Made by a program: the position numbers and the translations under genes. A stretch of 62,962 bases of DNA, counting the filler, from Saprolegnia diclina VS20 (taxonomy: Eukaryota): assembly GCF_000281045.1 (NCBI RefSeq). It is 5 parts of 5 records of this genome, joined end to end, with 100 filler letters (N's around TTAATTAATTAA, not from the genome) between each part and the next. Parts side by side here need not be neighbours in the genome. Positions count along the whole stretch, not along the records: positions 1 to 28,575 come from NW_008246218.1; 4 more parts are not named here. One strand, given 5' to 3'. Under the pieces are notes generated by a model, which had not been told where the DNA came from, did no database searches, and saw nothing but the letters and a program-made list of their open reading frames with translations. Positions 12,513-24,512 of the stretch are shown here, in pieces; positions within the stretch are counted from its first letter, which is position 1, and each line of letters opens with the position of its first letter.

Positions 12513-14921
12513 CTAGAGCAGGGCCATGTATGCGCTTTCGTCAGCCTCACATGCCGCTTGGCGGTGGCGCACAGTGACTGCAACGGCGACGGCTGCACAA
12601 ACGAGAAAGCCGGCGGCCATGGGATGCCACACGCTTTGCTGCTCGATCGCGAGGGCGTCGCGGGCGATGACCGAGGCGGACGTCGGTCGGCATTGCTTGA
12701 TGCTCGGGTGCGATTTCAGCGATTGGCAGGCGAACGTAGAGACTGCGCTGTTGCAACAACCGATGTCCTTCGCCGGCGTCAAGAGCACTGTGCTCTGAGC
12801 GTCCGGTGTGTCGGGGAACACGAGATGGCCGCCGCACGCCTGCGCCGGTGCGGGCTCCCGGCGGTGATCGAGTTCCCACGACGCGCTGCAGTTGTCCTTG
12901 ACGAACGCCAGCGCGTGCGAGTCGTCGAAGCGCGGGCGGTCGCAGTTTTGCATGTCGACGCTGAGCGACCGCGTTTTCGAGACGACCGGCTCGCCCATGT
13001 TGGGCTGGAACTCAAAGGTGCAGGCGACGATGATCGTTGTCGTCGGCCGGTTGAGCAGTTTGATCGCAAACGCCGTGTCAATGGCTGCGTTCACCGGTAT
13101 GCTCCAGTTGGCCATCGTCGCGTTCGGATACTGCCACGCGCAGTTGATGCCAAGTAAAGTGTACTTGGGCGTCGCGGCCTCGAGCAGCTTGCTGCCGCAC
13201 CACACGGCGCCTCGGCGCTTGGCGCAGTCGCCGGGCAAAGCGGATGGGTCGCACACACTGTCGGCAAGACACCCGCGCGCACACGACTGTAAGCGATTCG
13301 TGCTCGGACAGCGGTACTCACAGCGCGGTGGCTGGCTGCTGCTGGGCTTTTTCGTGCTCGGTGCTTTGGTGGATGGCTCTAGCATCGCCTTGTGCAGCGC
13401 GCTGTTTGGGTCGAGCCGGAAGCGGCAGACGCCAAAGTCAGCACCAGGTTCGTTGCAGGCGCTGCAGCTCCAGAGACTGTTCCACCACGCGTCAATGCTA
13501 ATGGCCTCGGACCGGTGCGAGAAGACCGTCCACGTCACGTCGCTCGACACTTGGCCGCACGCCGTCATGGCCCGAAACGTGAGCGTATCTCGAAACTTGC
13601 TAAACGTCAGCGCCTTCGAGTCGTCGACCGCGACCCACCGATCGCCCTGCTGCACAAACCACGTGACAAGACTCGCGGCCGAGTCCAAGCCCCACGGCTG
13701 CGATGGCGCCAAGGTCGTTGAAAAGGCAAAGAGGTCGCTCACGCGCCAGTGCAGCACGTCGTCACAGTACGACGCAAACGACGCATTCGAGTGGTAGCAC
13801 GGAATCGTTAAATGCAAGTGGCGCGCCGACGGCGGAAGGTACCCGGCGCCTGGAAACGCCGCCTCGGGGTCAAGCAGGTGCGGTCCGGTGGGCTGGAGCG
13901 ACACGGTTGCGCACGATACGAGGTCGCTGCTCGGCAGCACGAGCGACTGCGTGAGGCTGCAGCTCTCGGACGCGTCGCCAGCGCAAATGGGCGTTGGCAC
14001 CACCTTGGCGTTGCAGGTGAACGGCGTGTAGAGCTCCTGGAGACCGACAAAGTAGGCGCACGTACGCTTGCACACGCGTGCGTCCGTCACATAGGCAAGT
14101 GGCGTCGTGAGCCGCTGGCGCTCGCGGTCCGAGAGCGGCGCGCGGAGGCACCCGAGCCAGCCGTCGGGGGTTGCGTCCACGGCCGAGCCTGCCCCATCCA
14201 GCACGGACGTCGGGAACGCGCTAAGGAAGCTCGTTTGTGTGACGCGCACCGTGTCACACCGGCGACCGCTGCACGCGTCGTTGTTGGCGGCCGTGCGCCG
14301 GTATGCGAGCAGCTGAAGCACTTGGTCGTCGGCGGCTTGGAGTGCGTCGACCGAGTAGTTGCGCGTCATCGTCGCGCCGCAGAGACCGTCGCGCGGGAGG
14401 ACGGCGTACGGCCGCACGTAGTCGGTGACGGCCAAACACGACGTACAAGGCGGGGACGCTTGGTTCTTCTTGGTGTAGTCGAACGCTTGCACGGCGTAGG
14501 TGTAGACGCCCGGCGCGTCCGGGAGTGCTCGGTACAGGAGGTCGCCGCCAGTCGACTCGAACGTCTCGTAGTCGTACGCCAGCACCGTCGAGTTGGTCTC
14601 TCGGTCCGACCACTGCGCCGTGATGCGTGGACCGACCACCGGCGGGTCGAGATCGTAGTTGTAGCTGCTGCGCGGGTACGGAAACTCGAGCGGCGCGCCG
14701 ACGCCGTAGACGTTGGGAAAGCACTGGCGCGGCCCCGGCAGCGCCGTCGTGAGGTTGTAGCTGTACGCGTGGGTGGCGCCGCCCCAGCTGCACGCCGCCG
14801 TCGGAGTCGAGGACGGGCGGGGCGGCGAGGACAGGCGCGGTGTCGAGGACGGACGTGGGGTGTATCGCTGCGCCGCCGCGACGACCGTCACGACGGCGGT
14901 CGCTCGAACGACCCGACGCAT
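12513..14921 (-). CDS. Secreted or membrane-anchored cysteine-rich protein of unknown function
   Basis: Single ORF of about 800 aa. Signal peptide MRRVVRATAVVTVVAAA, P/S/T linker, many Cys, C-terminal hydrophobic helix (MAAGFLVCAAVAVAVTV) and a short tail. Confidence 0.8.
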   Translation of the reverse strand: MRRVVRATAVVTVVAAAQRYTPRPSSTPRLSSPPRPSSTPTAACSWGGATHAYSYNLTTALPGPRQCFPNVYGVGAPLEFPYPRSSYNYDLDPPVVGPRITAQWSDRETNSTVLAYDYETFESTGGDLLYRALPDAPGVYTYAVQAFDYTKKNQASPPCTSCLAVTDYVRPYAVLPRDGLCGATMTRNYSVDALQAADDQVLQLLAYRRTAANNDACSGRRCDTVRVTQTSFLSAFPTSVLDGAGSAVDATPDGWLGCLRAPLSDRERQRLTTPLAYVTDARVCKRTCAYFVGLQELYTPFTCNAKVVPTPICAGDASESCSLTQSLVLPSSDLVSCATVSLQPTGPHLLDPEAAFPGAGYLPPSARHLHLTIPCYHSNASFASYCDDVLHWRVSDLFAFSTTLAPSQPWGLDSAASLVTWFVQQGDRWVAVDDSKALTFSKFRDTLTFRAMTACGQVSSDVTWTVFSHRSEAISIDAWWNSLWSCSACNEPGADFGVCRFRLDPNSALHKAMLEPSTKAPSTKKPSSSQPPRCEYRCPSTNRLQSCARGCLADSVCDPSALPGDCAKRRGAVWCGSKLLEAATPKYTLLGINCAWQYPNATMANWSIPVNAAIDTAFAIKLLNRPTTTIIVACTFEFQPNMGEPVVSKTRSLSVDMQNCDRPRFDDSHALAFVKDNCSASWELDHRREPAPAQACGGHLVFPDTPDAQSTVLLTPAKDIGCCNSAVSTFACQSLKSHPSIKQCRPTSASVIARDALAIEQQSVWHPMAAGFLVCAAVAVAVTVRHRQAACEADESAYMALL

Positions 14922-15014
14922 GTTTGGATATGGCTCGCGATAGCATGTTGGGTGCTGTGATGTTCGACCCGAAGACGCCAAAAATCGAAGCGTTCGAAGT
15001 TTACATGTTGGCGG

Positions 15015-16736
15015 TTATCCAAGGACTGGGGCATCAAATTGGTCGAGCTGGAGGAGGGACTCTTTGAGCTGCGTGAGCTGGAGCCGATAGCCGCGCGACT
15101 CGGCCTGCAATCGCGCGTTCTCTGCGCGGAGCATGCGCACTTCCTTGACAAGTACTTTCTTCTGGCTCTAGGAATACAAAATATGCACAAGTTGTCGATA
15201 GCGTTGCCGACTACCTTGGCCTGGAGGTCGAGGTCTCGCTTCTCAGCCGTCACGTGGCGCAGCATGTCGTCGAGGACCTGCAATGCCGTCAAGGAGCTGC
15301 GGGGAGAGCTGGACGCAAGGATGATGTACCTGCGTCTTGGCACTGTGCTGGCGCTGGACGCGCTCGAGCTCGGCGCGGTACTCGTCGGTCTGCGCGACGT
15401 GCACGCTGAGCTCGTCCTCAAGCTCCTGCACTTTGACGTCGAGGTACGCTAGCACCTCGCGGTCCAAGCTCGACTGCGCACCGGCCTTGGCCTGCAGATA
15501 TATGAGTCGACGCCATTAAGATGGGCATACCGTCTCCTCCATCGAGGTCGCCAGCGCTTCTTCGAGGTCCTACACGCACACTGATGGCGTGCCCACGTAG
15601 CCTTCGCCGCACCTTGAGCTTGTCCATGAGGAAGTCCCGGACCTTCTCCGCGCCGTGGAGGCGCGCACCAATGTCCTCTTTCTCGACTTCGACCTGCGTG
15701 AGCGACGCTTCGAGCTGCTTCATGCGCAGCATGAGATCGCGAAAGAACTTGACTTCGCGGTTGCTCAGCGACTGCAGGATCTCGTCGGCCTTAGCGAGCT
15801 ACAACATATAAGCACCTCTTCCTAGCGATGCATGTACCTGGGTCTTGTCGAAGACGGACGAGGGTTTTCGCCGGATCGGGGTCGGCGGTGGCGTCACCTT
15901 GGGCGCCATCGGCGCTTGCACGCCAAAGAGCACCTGCGGGACGCTGAGGGTAGACCCTCGTAGTTGCAGACGTACCGACACGCGCGTCTTCCATACCTGC
16001 CCCGTCATGCTTACGCGCAAAACGTCATGGGCAGTAAGGTAGGCAAAGACGCCCATGACCACCTTGTCCGGGCAGTTGGCCAACGCATCCGAGGCCACAC
16101 GCGCAGCCGAGACCCTCTAGGGCGTCACTTGCATAGAGTAAATACGAGCGCTACGAACGTACGTGGCGTGCAGGTGCGGCATGGAGGAGGTTGTGGATGC
16201 CCTGCTTCCGGTGCAAGTCGCGGATTTCGCGCTGGGCACGTGCGAGCTCCCTTGTCAGCGAGCCCATGGAAGCAAGCTTCTCGTTCGCTTCGTCCAGCTC
16301 TCGCTCGAGGCTACAATAGGAGGTGAGAAGCCTCGAAGCAGATAGCGAACGCAGGCGTACGCTTCATGGCGAGCAGCGTCGAGGGCCACGTGCTCGACCT
16401 GCGTCATGAGCTTCGTCGCGAGCGCCTTGCCTTGAAGGCGAAAGGCGTGCATCTGCTGCACCATCTAGGACGCTAGCATGAGCTACGTGCCGAAGGAGCG
16501 CGCTGTACCTTTTGCTTCTCGTCCCACTCGACGCGCTCGCGGACGGCCGACTGCGCCAGGAGCGCCTTGCAGCGGTGCATCTCCTTGGCCATGTGGCTGC
16601 GCTCGACCTCGAGGTCCCATACCTCGACGTCGTTGACCATCTCTTCCAGGACGCTCTGGACGGTCATGACGACGACGATGTCATCGACGGCCGCGCCTGC
16701 TCGCCCGCGGACGTACGCTTCGACGGCGCTCTCCAT
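15015..16736 (-). CDS. F-box-like and coiled-coil protein, multi-exon
   Basis: Exons include an F-box-like segment [33 protein letters not shown] and heptad-rich segments ([41 protein letters not shown]). TAA at 15015-15017. Confidence 0.6.
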
Positions 16737-16871
16737 GCTGCGGATCCTCCGATGCCGGCGTTTGATTTGCCGAAATGTCTATATTTTGCGCGAATCAAAC
16801 GGCGCCAATCTGGGCGGCTCGTCCTATGGCATCTGCCGAATATAATAACTAGCAATTCGGCACGAGATCCC

Positions 16872-18072
16872 ATGACCAAGCAGGTGCCGGTGACGGTGCT
16901 CACGGGCTTCCTCGGCGCGGGCAAGACGACGCTGCTCAACTACATCTTGACGCAGAACCACGGCAAGCGTATCGCGGTCATCGAGAACGAGTTCGGCGAA
17001 GAGATCGGCGTCGAGAGCCTCATTGCGCGGGTACACTCTGCCAACAACACGCATGGCTCACGACCGGCTAGGACGGCGCCGATGGCGAGACGTTCGCCGA
17101 CTTCTACGAGCTCAACAATGGCTGCATCTGCTGCGCCGTGCGCGACGACCTGGTCTCGACGCTGGAAGAGCTCCTCACTCGGCGGGATCGCTTCGACTAC
17201 GTGCTCGTCGAGACCACCGGTACGCGTTCACTCTGCGGCAGCATGAACTGGACGCGATATGCGATAGGCATGGCGGACCCTGGCAAGCTCGCGTCCATCT
17301 TCTGGGTCGACACGGAGCTCGAAGGCCGCATCGTACTGGATGGCATCGTTACGGTCGTGGACGCCAAGAACGTCGCGTTGCACCTCGATGGCGACGAGCA
17401 CGGCCAACGCCAAGAGGCGCTGTCGCAGATCGCGTACGCGGATCGCATTCTCATCAACAAGGCCGACCTCGTACCGTCCATGACGGACCGCGACGCGCTC
17501 GAGGCGCAGCTCCATGGCATCAACGCCATCGCGCCCCTCATGTACGCAGCCCATTCCGCCATCATATTGTGCTCATGGTTGCATGTAGCTGGACGGAGCG
17601 ATCGCAAATCGACTTGGACGCGATTCTGAACGTTCAAGCCTTCTCGTCCGAGCGCGCGCTCGACGTCGAGCGGTTCTTGGCGGCGACGAACCAGGTCAAC
17701 GGTGTCTTTGCGTCTCTTCTGCAACGGTATGCTGTGTAGACGGTGAGCAGCGACCACGCGCGCCAAGTGAGCACGTACTGCATTCGGAGCGACGCGTCAG
17801 TGACAATCGCCGCGATGGAGCGCTGGCTGGGCAGCCTCTTGTGGGAGTCGGAGGAGTCGAGCCACTACTACCGCATCAAGGGCATCGTCTCCGTCGTCGA
17901 CGACGACCGCAAGTTCATTCTGCAAGGCGTCCAAGACCTCTTTGAGCTCACGCCAAGCGAGCCTTGGGCCGTCGACGAGCCGCGCGTCACCAAGATCATC
18001 TTTATCGGTCTCGAGCTCCAGCCCGAGATGCTCGAGGCGGGCTTGCTGTCGGCGTCGCAAGAGTCGGACTAA
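16872..18072 (+). CDS. ZNG1: COG0523/CobW-family Zn-regulated GTPase metallochaperone
   Basis: GFLGAGKTT Walker A, ENEFG, GCICC (CxCC), ETTG, NKAD and CobW_C (RIKG...LQGVQDLF...IIFIG), over several short introns. Confidence 0.92.
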
Positions 18073-18113
18073 GACCTCAATGTAACATTACTTGAGCTAA
18101 AATTAACCGCAAG

Positions 18114-18910
18114 ATGCCGCAGCGGCCCGTGGCGTACACGGCCAACTACGAGTGCCCGGATGAGAACTACATTGCGACGCAGGAGCGGCAGCACATGGAC
18201 GACGTCCACGATCAGCACCTGCGCGAGATGCGTCCGATGATCTCCAAGGAGCTGACGCATGACTTTGTCAAGCCAGACGCGCCCAACAAGAAGCGGCTCG
18301 CGCTCGAGCACGGTGGACACCACTCGGTTGTCTCTGCGACTGACACGAAGTAGAGCGCCAAATGGAGATTTCGCTCGAAAACAACATTTTGATCGACAAG
18401 ATGCAGCGCATTCTATCGCGGAAGGAGCGACTTGGCCACTTTCCCGAGCTGCAAAAGGCGTCGGCACCCAAACCGACCAACGCCCCCATGCGGGAGCGCG
18501 TCCAGAGCCAGATCAAGAGCGAGAACGCCGCAATGAAGAGCCACCTCGCCCACGTCAAGGGCACGTACAACGTCGCCACGTGGGCCAAAGGTACTAGCAG
18601 CGTCCTACTAAGACTAAGTCAACAACTAGAAGCGGAGCAGACCGACAGGTTGGTGCAGCAAATTTCCAAAGTACCGCGGCGCGCCAAGACCAAGCAGCGC
18701 CGAAAGCGGCAGCCGAGTCCCGACGAGTCCAAGCTGCAGGAGTTTGAGTTCCTCGTGCTCACCAAGACGGACACGGGGCTGCCGATGCGCACGGCCAAAG
18801 AGATCCGCGCCCACATCCACGCCAAACTGCCCTCGATCCACCAAAGAGCAGCGCTGTACATGCCATCGCGACCGGACCCGTTTGAGATCCCTCGACGACC
18901 GTTCGAGTAG
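18114..18910 (+). CDS. CFAP97/KIAA1430-domain cilia-associated protein-like
   Basis: The pattern HDQHLREMRPMI...KKRLALEH...ERQMEISLENNILIDKMQRI resembles the CFAP97 family. Two short introns. Confidence 0.6.
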
Positions 18911-18935
18911 CTTATGGACCCTTATTTAACACCAT

Positions 18936-19978
18936 CTAGCGGCGCGTCTTGGCCTTCTTGGCCACCGGCTTCTCTTCGTCGTCGTCATTCGACAGGAGGT
19001 GCGCCGTGCTGGGGCTCGCCTGCGCGAGGTCGATGCGCTCGTCCGTCGGGATGTAGGCGTAGATACCATCTAGTGCATACATTATGTTTGGCCGTCGGCC
19101 GAACAAACGCATACCGTCCATGATGCACGTCTTGGTGCGCTTCCAGACCGTGAGCGTGTCGATGCTCGAGTGCCACGACGGCAGCGGCACCTGCAGCACC
19201 TTGTGGAAGACCGCCGAGAGTCGCGTCTGGAACTCGGGCGCCGACGTCCGGCCCCACGGCTCGGGCAGGCACACGGTTTGCCCGAGCCACTCGCCAATGT
19301 GAATGATCGTGTCGCCCGTAAAGTAGTTGAGGCACTCGTTCGCCATCGACTCCTCGCTGTCCTCAAAGTCATCGGGGTAGCAGAGCAGAAGCGTGCGCTT
19401 CGAGTGCTTCTTGAGGACCTGTCCACCCAAATCGTATCCTATCTCTCTTGCATTGGACAAACTACCTTGGGGGTACCCTGCTGGACGTTCAGCCACGTCA
19501 TGCGCTCCTCGGCCTCTTCTTCGTCGTCGTCGGACGAGTCTTGCTTGGCCGACGCCGTCCCGGGCACATGCAAGTCGAAGCACTTGACGTCAACGCCACG
19601 CAGCTGCAGCAAACGGCCCCAGTAGCCGCTGCCCGCGCCCATTTCGACGATCTAGGACGCCATGAGCCACATTCAAACCAAGTTGTCGTCGTACCGGTCC
19701 GTAATGCTTGATGATGCGGAGAGCGCGCTCGTCCGGGATAGCCCACGAGTACTTCTAGTCTCTCGCAGTATATGAGATGACGCTAGAGCACATGGTCGTA
19801 CGGCAGCGACGTTTTCGTCGAGGAGGTTGAAGAGCTCTTCGCGCGTCTCGTCGTCGAGCTCCGGGTCGAAGAGGCGCGCCATCTCCTTGGGCTGCTTGGC
19901 CTCAAAGTCGCGGTAGAAGTCGAGGTACGGGTTGCTCGTGGCCGTCAGTGTCGCGCTCTCGGGGTATACCTTGCTCAT
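18936..19978 (-). CDS. Putative class I SAM-dependent methyltransferase, multi-exon
   Basis: Motif I EMGAGSGYW, then VDVKCFD, LLLCYP and IIHIGE. ATG at 19978. Confidence 0.7.
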
Positions 19979-20039
19979 GTTCGCCGTCTGCCTACGCACG
20001 CTTGCTCATCGCCTGCTCGGTTCAGTGCTTGCTCCGTGT

Positions 20040-20200
20040 CTACCTCGTCGCTGCAATGGCCCCGATTCTATTGGATCTGCGTTCACGCCATTGTATTGGC
20101 CATAATGCTGTCTCTTTCAGCCAATCCAGTGCGCTGCGGCATTGGATTCGTCCAAATCGCATTGGCCAATCCGATGCGTCCAGTGGGGTGTCGCCCCTAT
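20040..20200. promoter_or_regulatory. CCAAT-box-rich bidirectional promoter between the methyltransferase and NhaC genes
   Basis: Several CCAAT/ATTGG copies, including palindromic ATTGGCCAAT, in the ~325-bp gap between divergent ATGs. Confidence 0.45.
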
Positions 20201-20302
20201 AAGCACCTGTCCCATGACTAGGAATTTGTATGCGTGTGCTCGGACTTGAAGCCGGACCATCTTGGTGCCAGTGTCCACAAGCGCCATTTGCCATTTCGCC
20301 GC

Positions 20303-22829
20303 ATGCTGCGCCTGCTCCTGCTCGGCGCCGCCGCCGCTTTGGGCCTCGAGCTCCAGGTCTGCCACGTCACGCTGCATAGCACGTACAACGCCCGCGCTAG
20401 GTGCCCTCGGTGCTCCTGACGAGCGTACCCTTCACGGCCAGAATGACGTTGCCAGGTGCCGAGATATCGTCGCGCGCACCCATTTGAGCGTCGTCGTGTA
20501 GCGGGTTCGTATCCGACGTTGCTCGAATATACGATCGAAGACCAAGCCGGCGCGTACCTCGCGTCCGGTGTCTGGAACGCTTCACTGACGCTCACCAAGA
20601 CGCCGACGCTCGCCCTCGACGCCTCTGGTACGTACCGTACGTGCCCATGGCCCGACGCTCCTTTTTTGCAGGCGCCAACGTCTTGCGCTGCCACGTGTGG
20701 TCAAACGTAACGAGCATCACGGCGACGCGCGACGTGTGGAGCTTTCCCGGCTACGTCTCGCTTCTCCCGCCGTTCATCACGCTCCTCTGCTCGCTCCTCA
20801 TGGGGTACCTCTGCGTCTGCGCCTTGCCTTGCGTATCCGTGTTGTGCGTATAGGCAAGTCATGATTGCGCTGCTCGTGGGCATTTGGTCGGGCGCGGCGC
20901 TCGTCTCGGGGGTACGTTGAAGACCGCCTGCAGATTCCTAAGCATTGACTCCAGGGGAATCTCTGGCTCGGGTTCCTGCACACGTTTGACGTCTACTGGG
21001 TCGACGCGTTCGTGGACCGCAGCCACGCCGGCGTGCTCCTCTTCACCATCATCCTCGGCGGCACGATCGGCGTCGTCCAGAAAGGCGGCGGCGCGCACGG
21101 CCTCGCGCACCTCGCGGCGTCGGCGATGCGCACGTCGTTCCGGATGCAGCTCTCGACGTGGGTGCTCTGCTGCTGCCTCTTCTTTGACGACTACTCGATG
21201 ATCCTCATTCTGGGCTCGAGTCTGCGCCAAATTTTGCCGCGCACGGGCGTCAGCAAGGAAAAGTTTGCGGCCATCATCCACACGATGGGCGTCTGCCTCC
21301 CGTCCATGGGTACCGCCTTCCTCTCTACCACCAAGACTCATATTTGGTACAGCGCCCGTGAGCTCGTGGATCGGCGTCGAGATTGGGTACGTGGCTGCCG
21401 TGCTCACGTCGCTCAACTTGGACTGGGATCCGTTCGTGACGTGCCTCTCGAGCCTCCAGTACCGGCTCTTCCCCGTGCTCTTCATCGCCTTCATCTTCAT
21501 TATCATCATCTTCGAAAAAGACTTTGGCCCGATGCTCAAGTACGAGCGTGCGATGGCCGAGGCCGCTGACGACGCGGGCGTCGACGAACTGGAGACCGAC
21601 CAGCCCGACACCAACGACACCAATAATGACGAGGACGACGAGAAGCCACTTGGCCCCATGGTGCCCAACCCGCGCAAGCCGATGCGGGCGCTCAACGCTG
21701 TCGTGCCCTTCGCCATCATCGTGGCCGCGACCTTTGTGGGCATGATCCTCGACGGCTTCCAGTCGCTCGCGGCCGAGTTCCCCGGCGAGTCGTTCGGCGT
21801 CCTCGACGCGCTCAGCCACAGCGACAGCGTCGCCGCGCTCATTCGCGCCTCGGCGCTCGGCTGGGTCGTCGCCGTTCTCTTGCTTCTCGTGCAGCGCATC
21901 CTCTCGATGCAGGAGGTCATGGGCGCGTGGATCGAAGGCGTCAAGGACGTCATGGAGCCGACGCTCATTTTGACGCTGGCGTGGGCCCTCGGCGCCGTCA
22001 TTGGCGAAGTCCAGACCGCGGGGTAGGCTCGTTATCGCTTGGATGAGGCGGTGAGAGTTCATTAGGTACATTGCGTCGACGCTGCACGGGCAGATCGCGC
22101 CGGGGTACCTCCCCGCGATTGCAAGCGTCCTCTGCTGCGTCGTGTCGTTTGCGACCGGCACGTCGTTTGGCACGATGGCCATCATGCTGCCGATCGTACG
22201 TCGCCCTCTGTATGAGAAAGGACAGACGCTAAGAACTATGTCCTAGATTTGCCCGCTGTCGTTTAAGGTCTCGGGCCAGGACGCGGCCAACTTGATGCAG
22301 TGCATTGGTGCCGTCCTCGGGTCCTCGGTCTTTGGCAACGCGTGCTCGCCGATCGCCGACACGTCGATTATCACGGCGCTCAGCGTCAACATGCCGCTCC
22401 AAAACCACGTCGAGAGCATCCTCCCGTACGCGCTTGTTGTTGCCGGCACGTCGAGCGTCGGGACGCTGCTCCTCGGCGCCCATGTCGTCACGACCTTTAC
22501 GGCCTTCGCGCTCTGCTTCGTGACGCTGCTTTGCCTCGTCGCGTTCTGCGGCTCACGCGTGCCGTCGCGCTTCCGGAGCAGCTCGAACGCGTCGTCGGTG
22601 CTGAGCCTCTCGCCCTCGCACCGGTAGGTCGTCGATTCGATCCAGGCTTTCAACGTGTGGAACTAGGTACAGCTTTCTCAGCACCGTGTCGCCGCCCGCG
22701 TCGCGGGAACAAGACCGGCTGCTCCCGCCGACCACGGCGCCACCATCGTCGAGCTCGAGCGTTCTCGACTACGTCCACAAGCTCTTTCCGTCGACCAAGC
22801 CCTCGGAGAAGAAGACGCCGTCCGCGTGA
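20303..22829 (+). CDS. NhaC-family (Na+/H+ antiporter-like, IT superfamily) transporter with signal peptide, multi-exon
   Basis: Motifs FFDDYS, SSWIGVEIGY, SFATGTSFGTMAI and GSSVFGNACSPIADTSI. The final exon after intron 22624-22666 ends at TGA 22827-22829. Confidence 0.85.
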
Positions 22830-22935
22830 GCGTCCTGCTAGCAGTGTATCGTCCCTAGCAAGTAGCAAAACGAATAGATGGACTCCTGTCGACATTGCGT
22901 CTAAACATCGTGTACAACGTCGGTTGTAGCTCAAG

Positions 22936-24466
22936 TTAAGGCGGCGACTCTCCCGGTGGCTTGAACGACGTACCGAGGCCGGTCTCATCGCCAGGGCTCT
23001 GCACAACGACGACCGCGCGGCTCTTTTTTTGCAAGAGGTGTGACGGAACCGTGGGAAGGCCCATGCCTTCATGCCACGGCTGCGGCGCTTGCGGCCGGGC
23101 AGGGGCCAGTGGCGCAGGCGCAATGGCCGGCCTGTCTTCGGGGAACGTAACGTAGAAAAGCGGGTTGAAATGGCGGCAGCGAAAGGTGTAGCCCACGCCA
23201 AGTACAAAGATGAGGTACAACAGCTCTTGGACGACGGGAATGAGTGCGAGAAGCGGCGCGGGGAAGAGGCGGTTCACGATCAAGTCGACAGCGACCACGG
23301 CCATGAAGTAGAGAAGGACGTAGCGGCGAAACGCAGCAAACATGCGCAGTTTCGTGTACACGGGCGTCGTCTCGGGCGCAATGAAGGCGCGCGCGACGAG
23401 GTCCATCTGCACGCGGAGGATCGCAATGTTGAACGCCGAGTGAAACCAAATCCTACCTCGCTCAAATGAGTGCTACACCAAACCGAGGGTCTTACATGTA
23501 GGCAAGAAGGGCCCACGAGACCGTCCACATCAGAAAGATGACGAGCGAGATGGACGCGGACGTTTGAACGATCGTGAGCGTCGCGGCCCAGACGAGGGAC
23601 ACCACGCGGTAGTGCATCGACTGCTGCACCGACACGTCGTCGCGCGTGATGCGCCAGCCGTGCGCGATGAGGAGCGTTTCGTGCGCCGCAAACATGAGCG
23701 AGATGACGCGGCACGTGGCCGTAGCATTAAAGAGCAGTGGCTTTGGGGTCTGGTTCAAGCTCACGGTGGCCATGACCATGTAGAGCCACTACAGACACTC
23801 AGACCTCGCAGCGGTGATGGAAGTACCTCCGCCGTGGGCACCACGAGCATGCGTCGCTGGAGCATCGTGAACGTTTCTCGAAAGTAAATGATGTTGGCGA
23901 CCCACGCCGCGGTGCAGGCCGACCAGAGCAGCACGAGCGCAATGTAGAATGACCGCAGCGGCACCGTGGCGTCACCAAAGCACACGCTGTGGCTGTCGCA
24001 CACCGCGAGGTCAAAGGCCGAGACGATGACGGGAGCGACGGGTGGCACAAGGCCGAGAACACCACAGGCATCGAGGACAAAGACAATCCCCGTCGTAGCG
24101 TCAATACCTACAGGACCTTAGCGCAGCTACGTACGCAAGCGACGTACTGGGTACAAGCACCTTGGAGAGCGTGAGCGCGCCCGTGTAGTAGGCTGCCTTT
24201 GTGACGTCGGGTATGAGGGGGTACGTTTCGCACGTGGACGCGAACGTATTGATGGCGCACGCAGAGGCAAGGTTTCCAAATGCATTTGGTGGGCAAACGT
24301 GCATCACGAGAAGGTTGGCCGAGCTTGGGCGTACGGTCGGAAGACTTGCATTGAGAGTTGCCGTGAAGACTCCGCCCAGCGCCACCTGCGACGCGTTGAG
24401 CGACCCGAGCACGCTCACGTATGCCCTGACTGTGGCACCGGCGGCCAGCGCTACCGCTTGAACCAT
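22936..24466 (-). CDS. GOST-like (GPR107/TMEM145/GPR180-type) multi-pass membrane protein, paralog 1
   Basis: Lumenal N-terminal domain with Cys, then TM helices with LQRRMLVVP, LLIAHGWRITR, TPVYTKLRMF and FRCR. Family assignment is by motif resemblance only. Confidence 0.65.
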
Positions 24467-24512
24467 TATCGAAGTGTATAAACCACGAAAATAGCAATTT
24501 GATTGCCAGCGG

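Noticed and set aside
24464..24468. Apparent TAATG stop/start overlap between GOST paralogs, suggesting translational coupling
   Set aside because: Splicing of a short intron near 24626-24663 gives a tail homologous to the other paralogs that stops at 24513, so the overlap comes from the unspliced ORF.
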